Part shown: one piece after another, positions 12,201-23,083 of the stretch
Numbering within the stretch: position 1 is the stretch's first letter
Layout: each line of letters starts with the position of its first letter
Notes under the pieces: generated by a model
Told to the model about the DNA's origin: nothing
Database searches by the model: none
What the model saw: only the letters and a program-made list of their open reading frames with translations
Made by a program: the position numbers and the translations under genes
From: Halocafeteria seosinensis
Taxonomy: Eukaryota
DNA: 37,655 bases
Direction: 5' to 3'
Assembly: GCA_001687465.1 (NCBI GenBank)
Contig: LVLI01000350.1
Coordinates: 62,001-99,655 of the forward strand

Positions 12201-15200
12201 GTAACATTCGGTTCGAAGCGGCTTTCCGCAGAAACAACACCAGCTCCAAATCTGGAGAAGTCGTCGTATAGGGCCTCTGGTGCACTGAGTTCTGCCACAC
12301 GTGTCCATCCTGTTATTCTCTTTTCGAAGGCATAAACCACACCAACGAATATTGTTCCTTCAAAGGATGTTCCCGGTGCACCTACAAAAGCGAGCTGCCC
12401 AGCCGTTGACAGATCATTTCCAAAGCGGCTGAGGAAACCTTCATCGAAGGGTTGCGGAGGGACTTGAGGATATAATCGTTGCAAGTACTGATTGAGCCCT
12501 ATATGACCGTCGTCATCCTCAACAATCTTTATAACTCTCCAGTAGTTGCCTCCCAAAAGAGGCATTAGTCCAGGAGTATGCAGGACTACGTGAAAATACT
12601 CTCCCGGCATTTCCGCAATTTCGTCATCCACCAACGTTACTGCTTGCTGTAACTCCGACGAACCTAAGGCGAATGATAATAGTTGTTTTGTTGGAATGTA
12701 ATCCGCTAGACCTAGGAAGTCATATCCAGAATAATTGGCATCTGCGTATTGAACACTAATAAAGGGGCAATCTCCACTTGTCAAGTTGACGCCACATGAC
12801 TGATCAAGAGTAGTTGCAGCTCTAAGTCCGGTAACTGTCTCAAGCGGGGGGCGCAAAGACTGGAATTTATCGTAAGTAAACCAATTTTTGCCTGGTAAAG
12901 CTTCAAAGTATAGAGAGGAAGTCTCAGTTTGCTTGGTGAAATGCTCGCACGTGGTGCGGCATTTTGCAATATTGATGCTGACGTTTCCCGCATTCTCTTC
13001 GAAAGGCAGAAGGACTTCATCACTATTGAATCGGACATCGAGCCAACTGAGGTCAAACTCGACTACCGCCCCCGTTTTCATCGGTTCGCGTCCACGATGC
13101 CTGGAGCTTGCTCCAATTAACAGTTGATCTGCGAATAGGGCCATTGCCTCTCCGAACCCATCACATATCTGTGGCTCATGCGGTGATACCAGTGCCTCGG
13201 CGGTCCAGTGCCAAGTGTGTCCCACTTGGGTACCTCTGAAGATTGTAACTGTTTCTGGCTCGAAGGGAAGCAACTTGGTTAGCTTGCGAGCAAACATTTG
13301 TAGAGAGGAGGAGTTCAACCGCGCTTGGACTCTTAGTGTCGGTGGCTCTACAGAATTTGTCTTAATGTTCCCATGATGTTCGTACTTGGAGAAGTTTCTC
13401 CAATGGTCAAGGAATGTGATTCGCCAACACGGAAGATCGTTACTTCCCACAGTGCGCTCTACGTTGACTGTTCCGAGCTTAAGATCTTCTTGCACCGCAG
13501 CGCGGACGTTGTTAGCTGTGGCGTTTGCAAACAATGCCCTAGTGTGTCGTTGAACAGAGTTACCCACTGAAAGCCTGAAAGATCCCCCAAAAATGCCTGC
13601 CAAAAACCTCTCACTCGCTGAATGCTGATCTTGAGTACTATAGGGCCCGAGCAGACTGTCAGCGAAGACACGGCTATCATCCTCGATACACACTTCTTGA
13701 ATTGGCATAAGTCGTTTCTTAAAAAGGCTTCCATCACATTGGTGATCGCTTACGGCAAGGATTCTATTGGATAGCTGCACTCTTTTCCCGAAGAGACCCT
13801 TACTCTTCCCTAGGGGGGCTGTAACTTCTCCCACTTGAACCCATGCTCCTGTGTGAGCAAGTTGTTGAAATAGCAGGACAGCATGCCGTGCTCCTATAGC
13901 AATCAGATCTGAAGAAATGGAAACGGACAGTCCCAAATTGTAGTGGCTATCATCCTGCACAACCTGATGGAGAAGCCAGCGATGAGCTTCCGCAGCTTCG
14001 TTCTTCCTGAACACTAAGACTAGTCCTTTGCCACCAACAGCACCGGGACAAGCTATTACCAACGTATCGTCCCACAACACCATATCATGACCGCAGTGCA
14101 TGGACGTTTTACCAAGTAGAACATGCTCCAGATCTAGGGAGTGAACAAAGTGAAATTCGGTGGAATTGGTCCTCATAAATACATGAACACCACCATTTTC
14201 ACTCCCATGTGTGCTCTCTGATAAGCAAGAAAAAATAAGGGTTGTTCCAAGAGGGTCCATCACAATCTTAGTACCACACTGAGGAGCCTGGTCTGCATCC
14301 GTCTGGTTTTGAATGCGGGGTGGAGGTAGAACTTTTTGAGTTTCGATCCAGCCCGACTCTGTCTCCTCGTAGACATAAACAGCTCCCAGAGTCCTGAAGG
14401 AAGGCGTCGAACCTGCTGAGTGTATCTCGCCTGTTACAACATCGTCTGTTAATAGTGGCTCCGTTACATTTCCGTCCAAAACCGCAGCTGTGCTCTCAAG
14501 AAGTATTGGCTCCAAGTTCCCTTCGCGCGGCCACAAAAATTGAATAAACGTGTGGCAGCCTTTGGATCCTCCTTTGCAGATGGAATCACAGTATTCTGTG
14601 TTACTTAACCTCAGTGAAGCTTCACGCCAGGACTGCTCTAATACGCTCTTAAACTGAGGAATTGAACTCGAGACGTCTATCGACTCAGTTACCTGACCTC
14701 GCCAACTGAGCTTAAACGTTCCTGAAGAGGCCTGGCACATTATACTTTGAACTTCATGACTCCTGTCCCAGTTTGAAAACGGGGCTCCTACTGCTATTGC
14801 TTCGTTACTCAGAGCAGTCGTCCAACCAAAGTAGTCCCCTGGAACACTATCATGTCCTCGAAGGCGGTGGGAAGTGCTGGCATAACCGGAAAAATGATTT
14901 GTCCAATCGTGGACGTCCGGTACCCACCTGTCTGTAACCTTTCTGTATACAAAGGCCGCGCCTTGGTTATCTTGTAAGGGCACAGATCCTACAGGCCAGA
15001 ATGCACCCGCAGAGAGATTTTGAGTCTGAACAGTTCTGGAGGTGATTATGGATATCGTAGAGCCGACACCAGTTAAGTCTCCAGAAGCAGGGCCGGTATA
15101 TCTCTGAATTACGGGCTCGTCCTGCTCACCCGGAACGAACTGGAATGTGACGATCCATTGGATATCAGTGCTTCCAGCATTTTCTTCCTTCGTAACGCCA

Positions 15201-18200
15201 ATGACATCTGTTAAAGAGGCTTCTTGCAATATTGAGTGCATCAACGTACCAGAGGCGTTCCAAGGGATAAGTCTCGAAGGCCCATTCCCGTCAACTGTCA
15301 ACCGGAAGCTACCTCCCAGGGGCTGGTGCCCTTCTATGACCCTTGTGACGGTCATTGATACATTTTCACCACTTAGGTGGGAGGCATTAACGTCTAGTAA
15401 ATTCAGTGGACTAAGACTTGGCGGGAAGGTAATTCTCCATCTGAAAGTTCCCAACACAGAATCTCCACTCCGTGTCGCCTCCGTGTTAGAAATGTTGAAT
15501 ATGTTGTTTACAGCGATCCTTACGTCGTTGGCAGAGGCATCGTGAAGAAGACGCTCGGAGCAGGGGTGTTCCTCTGTGCCCAAGCAGAATTCGCCCAGAA
15601 CACCTTGTGCCGGTCTCGTGACATTAAACATTAGCGGGGCTTGCTCCTCGACGATTAGACTCATGGAAGGGACCGGTGCTCTGATGTTTATGGCGGTTAA
15701 TCCAAAGTCCACTGTCCCCGTACTTCCTTGCGCCGCCTTTGTAATTGCCACATTGAAGCTCCCACGCGTAAGGACTGGGTCAATTAATGCGTCCTTAAGT
15801 AAGTTTTCAATAAACTCACGCGGATCGTCGAGGGAGAATTCCGGACTAGATAGACCTGACCACGATACTCTCACTTTGGGAATTGGAGAAGATAGATTGT
15901 AATCGAGCCTTGCTAGCATTTTCTGATTTTGGTAAGTGCCAAAAGATTGGAGCTGCTGCACTTCGGGAGTGCCACTGGGAGTGGACAAAGACCTCAAGGC
16001 TATTCTTTGGAAGCAAGGCACAGTAGACCGAGCGGACGAAGCACCGACCACTAGCAGCTCACCGTTAGTTGAGACGGAACCTCCGAACAAGTCCCCATCT
16101 CTTACTGTTTGCTCATAGAGCCAATTTTCTATACTCGGAGAGATCGGCAGCTCTTTCTGGAGTACCGAGGCAATGACATCTCCGTCAATTTGGTAGGTGA
16201 AGTAAAGTGAAACGTTGCTTGCTCGCCTATATACGCCCAGTGAAGTGAACTCTGCAAGTCCGCTGGCAACTCCGACAGTGGTTTTGCCAGCTAAGAAAGA
16301 ATCGCCTGATGCTACAAATTCTCCATTAACTACTAGCTCTACCTTAATTACACCTTCTGTCACAGTATCGAGGTGATTTCCACCTTCATCCCGGACGCTG
16401 ATTACAGGCTGCTGAAAAAACGGTGCGCCGCCTTCCCAAGCTTCTTCTGCGCATTTCTCGATATATACCTGGGATGGCGGTCCCTTGATCACTTCGAACT
16501 CTTTATATACAGTTATGTTCCTCTGGCTATTCTCGAAGCTGGGCCCGTGGCCATACCCGTAACCAATCTTTCCGAAGCCTGGGTTACCCCTACCTATTAG
16601 AGTTCCCTCTACACTACTGTTATATGTTAAGCTCGAGACGAATTCGATGAAGTAGAATCTCGAAGCTGAGTTTATCCTTAAGAATTGAAAATGCGCCCGC
16701 CCATCTTTTACTGGCCGGGTCAACGCGGACTGAACCTTGAACAGAGCCCGAGAGTTAATGCTCCGTCTTTCCCACGGTACCAGGAGTCTAATTCTTGGTG
16801 GATCGTGACGCAACTTCTGTACTATGCCCTCGTCGGTCTCTAAGTTAATTGAATCATCGATAGCGATCCTTTCTCCAGGGAAAACTAAGCCTACGGCGGA
16901 ACCATTCAGCTCAACCCAGTTTTTTCCATGCACAAAAGACCCGAGCAAATTTACTTGCTCGATTTGTAATTCGGTGGCGAGTTTCTCCGAATTTTGCAAA
17001 TATCGGCTTCCTATTCGGGCATGGACAAAGCTCTCGGAGTCGCCAATGTTTGTGTTCCCCCCCGCATCAGTCAGCCTGATGATTGCCTCAAAATGCTCTC
17101 CAGCGGTGACGGGCTCGGGAAAGCGTTCGATAACAAGAGAATGTGTTGGACCAATACCCACAGTGAAAGGGATAGAGGAAACAGAGAAGTTCGAACTACC
17201 ATTTTCAAAGAAGAAGTTTAGTACGACATTGTCGACCACCGTATTCATCCTCAAGCTCTCGAACGTGGCCATTCCTCGTGAAAGAGTAGCTGAGGTATTG
17301 CCCAGCAGAGGTACGGAAACGTTCACAGAAGCTGCGTCTATCTCTGCGGTAACTAGTCCTTGGGAACTTCGAACTTCATTACCGAATTCGTCCACCACAG
17401 CTACCATTGGTGGGGGTCTGAACGGGAGACCACTAAATGCCGCCCCGGGTTGTTGCGTAAGTACCAACTTGGTGGGGGCACTTGCCGTAATGTTGACTGG
17501 GGAGCTTAAACTGATGTGCTCCAGTCCATATAGATCCAAAACGGACACTCTAAAAGAAAATAGCCCTACTTTCCTGATGGCCAAACCTGAAAATATAGCT
17601 TGTCCCTCTATAAGCGATCCTGTGGTCTGGCCTGACAGGATATTTCCTACTTGTGTTCCGTTGTTCAAACAGATGAGAGATATCTCCACCCCGTAACGGT
17701 TATCGGCATATTCCGCAACGTTGCCATTCATATCTCTTGCGTGCAGATGTAGCTCAATTGCTTGCGCTGTTGTTGCTTCGCTGAGGTCGATCTGCACGTT
17801 CACACCGAAAATTCGGGGGAAACCAAAATGCTTGAAACTTAACAATTCAAAGTCCCCCACTTCTCCTACTCGGATGTTAAGATATCGTGAATTAAAAAAG
17901 TTCTGTTTGAAAGAGCCGAATGGTCTAAAAGCTCTCAATAGAACAAACTTCATCTCAAGAATTTCCTGAATCCGATTTTGGACGGTCACTCCAAAGAAGA
18001 TTTGGATTGCCTTCCGACGGTCGACGGCTTCATCAGAAACGGTGGTCTTTGCTGGCCGCGTTAGTGAACCATGTCTCTTTCTGGGGGCAGTTATTGGTGC
18101 CAAATATTGACCATTTGGTGTACTGGTAACGTTTTCTATGGCAAAAAGTGCCACCGTAAAGGGTTGAAGGACCACAGAAGCTCTGAGAATGGCCTCGAAC

Positions 18201-18853
18201 GTTGCCTCGGGCACCCCTATTTCTTCATCACTCATAATAATCACTGTTGATTCGATTAGAAATGTATCAAAGCAAGGAGCATTAATGCACTGAGATTCTT
18301 GGTGCAATGGCTGCTCCGTGCAGTGGCCATTAGCGTTGGCAGGAATGACGACTCCCCGTGTTCGTAGCGTTGCTCCACGTTTGTCGCAGCCTGAAGACTC
18401 TGTTACACATGTCTCATACTGCCATGCACTAAGCACGCAATCCCTTTGACAATGGTACTCGTATGGATAGTCGCGGAACTCCGGATCATCAAAGTCTTCG
18501 ATACAGTGGACGCTGTCAGTATGGTTTTGAACCCACGAATCAAAATCAAAAGACTGTACTGGAATTCCATCCTCAAGTGGGCACATGCAAACGATCGAGT
18601 CTTCGCATTCACAGTCGATGCTTGTCGAGGACTCATTACCCACTGCCCTAACTGTTGCATTCGAAAAATCCCCACACAGCTGGCTTGTAAAGTACTCGAT
18701 AGGCACCACCGGACAATCAGGGAGCAGCAGCGTCGAGCCATACCGGCAAATGGTCACCAATATAAACACAATAGCTGAAATCCATCCCCGAGACTTCCCT
18801 ATCGTTAGTCTCGCTGCCGGAGGTGGCCGTGCTCCGGCTTGACGTCTGTCCAT
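9242..18853 (-). CDS. Giant intronless 3,203-aa secreted/surface adhesin-like protein (TSP1, Ig-like repeats, FG-GAP propeller repeats, Calx-beta)
   Basis: Uninterrupted ORF with hydrophobic N-terminus WISAIVFILVTIC, TSP1-like DCVLSAW...RTRGV...C...PC, Ig-like QQP...V.VVDEFGN / LTDAGGN / VRDEGGN repeats, about 11 FG-GAP motifs (e.g. GDYFGWTTALSNEAIAVGAP) and two Calx-beta-like domains (LSF..GS...V.LVDDEIAE; C-terminal VSYATRD.TA...I.IMND...VAIVEDD). Confidence 0.85.
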   Translation of the reverse strand: MDRRQAGARPPPAARLTIGKSRGWISAIVFILVTICRYGSTLLLPDCPVVPIEYFTSQLCGDFSNATVRAVGNESSTSIDCECEDSIVCMCPLEDGIPVQSFDFDSWVQNHTDSVHCIEDFDDPEFRDYPYEYHCQRDCVLSAWQYETCVTESSGCDKRGATLRTRGVVIPANANGHCTEQPLHQESQCINAPCFDTFLIESTVIIMSDEEIGVPEATFEAILRASVVLQPFTVALFAIENVTSTPNGQYLAPITAPRKRHGSLTRPAKTTVSDEAVDRRKAIQIFFGVTVQNRIQEILEMKFVLLRAFRPFGSFKQNFFNSRYLNIRVGEVGDFELLSFKHFGFPRIFGVNVQIDLSEATTAQAIELHLHARDMNGNVAEYADNRYGVEISLICLNNGTQVGNILSGQTTGSLIEGQAIFSGLAIRKVGLFSFRVSVLDLYGLEHISLSSPVNITASAPTKLVLTQQPGAAFSGLPFRPPPMVAVVDEFGNEVRSSQGLVTAEIDAASVNVSVPLLGNTSATLSRGMATFESLRMNTVVDNVVLNFFFENGSSNFSVSSIPFTVGIGPTHSLVIERFPEPVTAGEHFEAIIRLTDAGGNTNIGDSESFVHARIGSRYLQNSEKLATELQIEQVNLLGSFVHGKNWVELNGSAVGLVFPGERIAIDDSINLETDEGIVQKLRHDPPRIRLLVPWERRSINSRALFKVQSALTRPVKDGRAHFQFLRINSASRFYFIEFVSSLTYNSSVEGTLIGRGNPGFGKIGYGYGHGPSFENSQRNITVYKEFEVIKGPPSQVYIEKCAEEAWEGGAPFFQQPVISVRDEGGNHLDTVTEGVIKVELVVNGEFVASGDSFLAGKTTVGVASGLAEFTSLGVYRRASNVSLYFTYQIDGDVIASVLQKELPISPSIENWLYEQTVRDGDLFGGSVSTNGELLVVGASSARSTVPCFQRIALRSLSTPSGTPEVQQLQSFGTYQNQKMLARLDYNLSSPIPKVRVSWSGLSSPEFSLDDPREFIENLLKDALIDPVLTRGSFNVAITKAAQGSTGTVDFGLTAINIRAPVPSMSLIVEEQAPLMFNVTRPAQGVLGEFCLGTEEHPCSERLLHDASANDVRIAVNNIFNISNTEATRSGDSVLGTFRWRITFPPSLSPLNLLDVNASHLSGENVSMTVTRVIEGHQPLGGSFRLTVDGNGPSRLIPWNASGTLMHSILQEASLTDVIGVTKEENAGSTDIQWIVTFQFVPGEQDEPVIQRYTGPASGDLTGVGSTISIITSRTVQTQNLSAGAFWPVGSVPLQDNQGAAFVYRKVTDRWVPDVHDWTNHFSGYASTSHRLRGHDSVPGDYFGWTTALSNEAIAVGAPFSNWDRSHEVQSIMCQASSGTFKLSWRGQVTESIDVSSSIPQFKSVLEQSWREASLRLSNTEYCDSICKGGSKGCHTFIQFLWPREGNLEPILLESTAAVLDGNVTEPLLTDDVVTGEIHSAGSTPSFRTLGAVYVYEETESGWIETQKVLPPPRIQNQTDADQAPQCGTKIVMDPLGTTLIFSCLSESTHGSENGGVHVFMRTNSTEFHFVHSLDLEHVLLGKTSMHCGHDMVLWDDTLVIACPGAVGGKGLVLVFRKNEAAEAHRWLLHQVVQDDSHYNLGLSVSISSDLIAIGARHAVLLFQQLAHTGAWVQVGEVTAPLGKSKGLFGKRVQLSNRILAVSDHQCDGSLFKKRLMPIQEVCIEDDSRVFADSLLGPYSTQDQHSASERFLAGIFGGSFRLSVGNSVQRHTRALFANATANNVRAAVQEDLKLGTVNVERTVGSNDLPCWRITFLDHWRNFSKYEHHGNIKTNSVEPPTLRVQARLNSSSLQMFARKLTKLLPFEPETVTIFRGTQVGHTWHWTAEALVSPHEPQICDGFGEAMALFADQLLIGASSRHRGREPMKTGAVVEFDLSWLDVRFNSDEVLLPFEENAGNVSINIAKCRTTCEHFTKQTETSSLYFEALPGKNWFTYDKFQSLRPPLETVTGLRAATTLDQSCGVNLTSGDCPFISVQYADANYSGYDFLGLADYIPTKQLLSFALGSSELQQAVTLVDDEIAEMPGEYFHVVLHTPGLMPLLGGNYWRVIKIVEDDDGHIGLNQYLQRLYPQVPPQPFDEGFLSRFGNDLSTAGQLAFVGAPGTSFEGTIFVGVVYAFEKRITGWTRVAELSAPEALYDDFSRFGAGVVSAESRFEPNVTWIVVGSPGSVAVTVTRLETPGWDTLTAVMFPRLAEGINMVPKPARQVQSYDRCGDSGTLAILQEKGASLRVALGCPGKSSVFLFDVSYDNYTRKLNGSQTAVIRSPDFREYKLIEEEEVVSDHFGHVVKAMDGSLYISAPYARSGNIPSQWNSSSEIDDDAASNRAMSTGAVYQYFLADCDYSTVGNPEASWDPERTLALAADLGWKDTLGWTASSVSDPQVIGTENQACPAVLVNVNRFTNPSGQLGSSFGYSFDVTSFDLVIGAPGLCSSPDVSWDFEDGTLRGWNVEGQAFRTQPTYEDNVGFRPVYPFQDSTVAYSASSGLAGKYWLGTYENRSSVDTIAGTVQGDAPVGALTSPPFLIRGDAISFLVGGGCSMQSTFVQLIIDGVIEYRSTGTCSEYMRRIHWSVNNHRGRTGVIQVVDFASFTPWGHINVDDFHFSWEIGKFTEVLDAGAVYAWQLSAQEVADPECRAAATSRSIECTWEFDQEFRSPDMRDTAAFGTSVAVSSSTKLLVVTETIVPQAFFFWVPFPGDLRTFSSEQTIERHRSSTTLRQSSSFEFDQYPLFPSRKLHNNYGWSNGWSTVGSAFSTVIDDAAEQSISLSEQEHALASILDTSLLDQGYRSRLQDLTIQANSITGAGGDLLRELARFPHRAANRMRASPSPVPSSSSTTTARPPCASASPKMGASPAPTPTVLATLTPFRLRPTEWLDDFFDQVHKYNVEGGEQRGKHESNRIFVFRKLDTVRGARDRFIRQATWPSMYPNDIISFPFYVAGPGHSTIQLNGSSLLIGYPEGTAGSGWRDSGEVTFMNTNVLSPILDMNAPNHSHEYVSNPYYNIHFQEYPSGALGLTYSNYRVQENITTGIFVLPVYVHEDITEVLHVSYATRDITAQGVSQEKFDYCLALPIEDREPSDCGHYEQRAGVLHFTPLRRERHIVIRIMNDAVKADGCERRFAVHLFAPGGLTINGNQRFASVAIVEDDVR

Positions 18854-19283
18854 ACCGCCTACCCTGTAGTGGTACTAAACTAATCAATCGTACCCGATTT
18901 GTATGGACTTGACCCTTTGAAGTCTGTTCAACAGCCGGTTTCTTGAAGTTTGGACCTAGTTCAGCGCATGACTGGCGTTGTGAATGTGCGTGTCCCGTTG
19001 CCTCCTGTTAATACGGGCCACATACATAATCCATGGTACATATAGCGACCCAACTCAAATATGCATTTGAATAGTAAGGTGTGCGGGAATTAAACGGTGT
19101 AGCAGTGTTATCGGATGTGAGGCACTCCCACGAGGCTTCAAAGGGGGTCGGTCCTGAATTACAATTGTACATTTTACAATATAGGTTATATGTGTGTATT
19201 AACATACTCACCCGTGGGTCTTTTTCAAGACCAGAGAGTTGCCCATGACCCACAGCAAGATACTTGATACAAGATATGCCTAT

Positions 19284-20944
19284 TTATGGAGGTCGGACTC
19301 GTAGTTGCTTTTCCAGTGCTGCACACCGATTCGAGAGTTCTTCATTTTCCCTGAGTAACTCCTTGACTCTTTTTGTCTCCTCCAGTCTTTTCTCCCGGTA
19401 TAAGCGACATAAGTTGGCTGGGTCCAAGATCGCCATGGACTCCTGAGCTTTCTGCCGCTTTGCAACCTGATAAGGAGTTTCGTCACTCTGCGGCATCACG
19501 CCTTCTTTGAAACGTTTTTCATGGAAAGTATATACTACAAAGAGTGATAACGTACCTCGTTCTTCAACTCAGGGTCAACATTGCCGACTTCGAGAAGGTA
19601 TTTCAGGAGCGAAGGGTTGTTTACAGACAAGTGCAGGAGAGTATTGCCGGACTGCGACGATTCTATGAGGCTGAAACTCGAATTCGACGTGCTTTTCACG
19701 GAAACGTACTTTGTCTCGAGCGAGCGGATCTGCCCATCCTTCCTCAATTAGCATTCTTGCGACAGCCTCCTTTCCCAACGAGACGGCTTCCATCAGCGGA
19801 GTATGGGAGTTCTGAAAGACGAAACTCTCCGGTGGATTTCTAAAGACAGACCCCGTGGGTCCAACTTACGTTGTCAGTTGAGTTAATATCCGCGTCTGTT
19901 TTGATCAACCATCGTAATGCGTCTATGTTCTCCGCAGCGACTGCGAAGTGCGACGCACTCTTTCCATCCTGGAAGATGGCGTATGGTAATATTGAAATGG
20001 CAACAATAGATTCGTGCAACATTTCTCACATTGTTCTTTATATTTGGGTTTGGGTGCAGTCGTCGCACGAACAGTCTCACGAGATCAGTTGCACCAGAAG
20101 ATAACGCGTCGTGAAGGGCCGTGTTTCCTCGCTGTAACCGAGTGACAATGCATACACATGCACTCTGATGCTTGTGCTGAACGTTACGTACGACGTCTTG
20201 GTAATCCAAATTTGCACCTCCGCGCTGTACGAGAATCTGCGCAACGTCTTCGTCGTTCATCCGAACTGCCTCATGGATTGAGGTCTTTCCTTCATAGTCG
20301 ACAACGTTGGGATCCGCTTTGGCTTCCTCCAAGAGATACAAAAGCATCTCCTTATGCTTCATTCCGTATCGGAGAGGAGTATATCCCCACTGTAGGAGCC
20401 AATCAAATCTTTAATACTTACTTGTTCGCAAGCACGGTTTATAATCCCATACACACATACATTATCCACGGCGTTCACGTCGGTGTGGGCATTATTCACC
20501 AGAAGTCGCGCTATACTAACGTAACCACTGTTAGCTGCGCTATGGAGTGGAGTCTTGCCAGTGTCATTCTTGGCGTTTGCGTCGGCTCCGTATCGGTCAA
20601 CTAGAATTTCTGCTATCTTCGTGAATCCTCGGTGCGCTACCTTGTGCAAAGCAGTTTGACCACCAATCTGTAGAACAACGCGGCACAACACGAAACGAGG
20701 GAGATCCCAACTACAACCAGCATAATATTCCGCTTCTTAGAAAAGAACCACCTACCACTCCGAATCTCAATTTATTCACGTCCCCCCCAGTATCGTCTCC
20801 GAGTATGGCTTCTATGGTCTCCAGGTCGCCAACTTCAAGTGCCGTGTGCAGACTGGTTTTCTCACTTCGTGAGAGATTGCTGCCTTCGAAAGAAGCTATC
20901 CTTGACGCAAATGACGCAAGTGATCTCAAGTGGCCACTCATCAT
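19284..20944 (-). CDS. Ankyrin-repeat protein (about 10 repeats) with a C-terminal coiled coil, multi-exon
   Basis: Successive exons give KTSLHTA, GQTALHKVA, GKTPLHSAA, GKTSIHEAV, GNTALHDAL, GKSASHFAV, HTPLMEAV, GNTLLHL, ETPYQVA. Introns fall at repeat boundaries. Exact junctions are approximate. Confidence 0.88.
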
Positions 20945-21764
20945 ACAATTGGGAGATAGTCACGCTTTACTGAGGGAAAAAAAATAACTGGTTGAACCTG
21001 TACTTCAACTTATCTCCCTTGGACCGAATATCAGTCGAGCATTGGTGTCCAGTTTCTCAACATTTCAAGGGAATACTGCTCGTCTATTGATGTTACATGC
21101 CGTGCTTTCCAAATGACTAAAATTTGGCATGTGCATCTCTAGCGACCATCCGAGGACAATTGCTACCACCACCTTCACAAATCGAGTCGTCCGCGACAGT
21201 CGGACAGTGTATTAGCATTGCTCCTTCAGGAATAAGTCTAGTCTACATAATGCGGTAGGCCGTGTGAGGAGTGAAACCTACTCAGCACCGAACCGCTCCA
21301 GCATCTTCAATTTGTGGCACATCAATTCCAGTCCACGGGTTACTCAGAGCATTTGCTAAACCGGTGGGTATATCATATGATATATACTCGTGGCATAAAG
21401 TGTGCCTACGGTATACACGATGTCCCGTTTATGTATGCGACTACTACGTCTGTCATAGTTCCTACTTGTAGCTTTATGTTGTATCTCCGACGATCTGACT
21501 GACCACTGGTGGCAGAGGATAGACCACTTGACCTTGGCGTTGGCGTCGCTGTGGCAGGCTCAGGGTCTTCTCCTGCCAGACTGAGCCTCGACGGTACCTC
21601 TGACATTGGGGGCGCAGGCATGGCTCCTCCTCCGATGCCTCCTGAGCAAAACCAGTGTTGTGCTCCCTCACGGCGCATGTCAGCAAGGCTGCAGGAACAG
21701 CGGGCCCGTCGCTGCTTAACACGGGCGCACACCGCTCCTCGTTAAGAGGATGCGGTCAACTCCC

Positions 21765-21802
21765 CAGCCGGTGGGCTATCTGTCACATATGTGTGTGTGT
21801 GT
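21765..21802 (+). repeat. Dispersed repeat CAGCCGGTGGGCTATCTGTCACATATGTGTG (solo copy of the 29.2/30.8 kb terminal motif)
   Basis: Near-identical to 29228-29260 (+) and to the reverse complement of 30822-30845. Confidence 0.7.
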
Positions 21803-22063
21803 AGACCATAATGTCGCAAAATACCTGATGACCTCATATCCGGGACTATCGAAAGTGGATTTTTTATTCCTCAGAGAGCTGTGGTGGAGATTACATCACG
21901 TGTTATTTCTTTCTGAGTTGTTTCCAGTGTGTGTGTGTGTGTGACTTTCAGACAACTACATGACTATCTTTTAAAATACAGATGGCCACAACAGGATTGT
22001 CTGCTTCTAAGGTTAAACCAAGAGAATTGTTCTTCTGAGGAGTCCACACAGACCAACGGGTCA

Positions 22064-22885
22064 TCAGATTATTAAAGTTGGTTTTCCATTGTCTTTAACT
22101 GTCTTACCTTCTCGCTTTGACCGGAGGTATATATTGATGGCCTCTCTTACATTAGTCTGAGTTCTAAATAACCGAGTGTTTGCCCTCATTCCACAAGGCA
22201 AATCTCCGTCCGAGTTAACATATTTCAATTTGAAAGTATTCTGTGAGCCAACCAGGGCGAGATTACCTCAATCGGAGACATTTAATGTGAGATAACTGTC
22301 GAAAGCCCTCACAAAATAACTCTGTGACATACCACCAACGTAGTTCCCATTATCTGGGTATATAATTGCTCACGTTCACCACATATGCCATGCCGATTGA
22401 TCGTTAAGGTTCCGTCTTTTTTTAATGCTGGACAAATCAAAATCGCACGGAACAAACAATACAAGATACGGGAACAACTTGTATTCCCGCATGTCCTGAT
22501 GTTCGACTGGTAACTTACAATGTACCTGCACCAAATATCAAATTATAGGAAAGAGCTACATTTTCGTTTTGTACAACGAGCCAATGGAACCACTGACGTC
22601 GATAGTGGTACAGAGACACGGGCAAACGCAGCAAAGCATCCACAGGACTGCAGGGTTTGGTCTCTCGACGAAGAATAGCTCGCCGGCATTTTCAAGATCT
22701 GAATCTGAACACGGAGGAAGTAGCATCGTAGGCTCCTGCAAGAAAATAACGGAATGTTACACCGAACAATGATATATCTATAAAAGGGATGCGCTCACCC
22801 TACACGAGCACATCTGACAATATAGCTCGGACAGGGTGCTTGCCCTGTAGCGTTGGTTGTATTCTTCACTGCTGGTGCCTGACAT
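22064..22885 (-). CDS. Uncharacterised Cys-rich protein, paralogue X (4 exons)
   Basis: Spliced by eye: MSGTSSEEYNQRY...LYCQMCSCR/EPTMLLPP..DLENAGELFFVERP...CCVCPCLCTTIDV...TKM/YIVSY...ALKKDGTLTINRHGIC...LYTQIMG/...VREAINIYLRSKR. Each exon matches the gene at 23285 and the intron positions are equivalent. Confidence 0.7.
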
Positions 22886-23031
22886 ATTTGTCTCCGCCTA
22901 CAAAGCAAGCTGTTACAATGTTATCCGTAGATCGCTGTTTTATCTCGGTGCTTTAAACCAAATCAAGTTTTCGATGAGGCTCGGTACGGTTGAAGAGTCT
23001 ACGGTGAAGACGCGGAAGACAAAAGATACGA

Positions 23032-23083
23032 TGCAGCATCGACGATGCGTCGATGCTGCAGTGCTGCAGCTACAGCACTGCAG
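23032..23083. repeat. Two overlapping palindromes (13-bp and 11-bp perfect stems)
   Basis: TGCAGCATCGACG-atg-CGTCGATGCTGCA (23032-23060) and CTGCAGTGCTG-cagcta-CAGCACTGCAG (23056-23083). Confidence 0.9.

Noticed and set aside
16824..17696. 290-aa ORF and other antisense ORFs within the giant gene
   Set aside because: Shadow frames of a long coding sequence with no motifs of their own.
21406..21745. GC-rich overlapping short ORFs between two CCGGTGGG motifs
   Set aside because: No recognisable domain or consistent splice model; possibly a repeat remnant, but unsupported.
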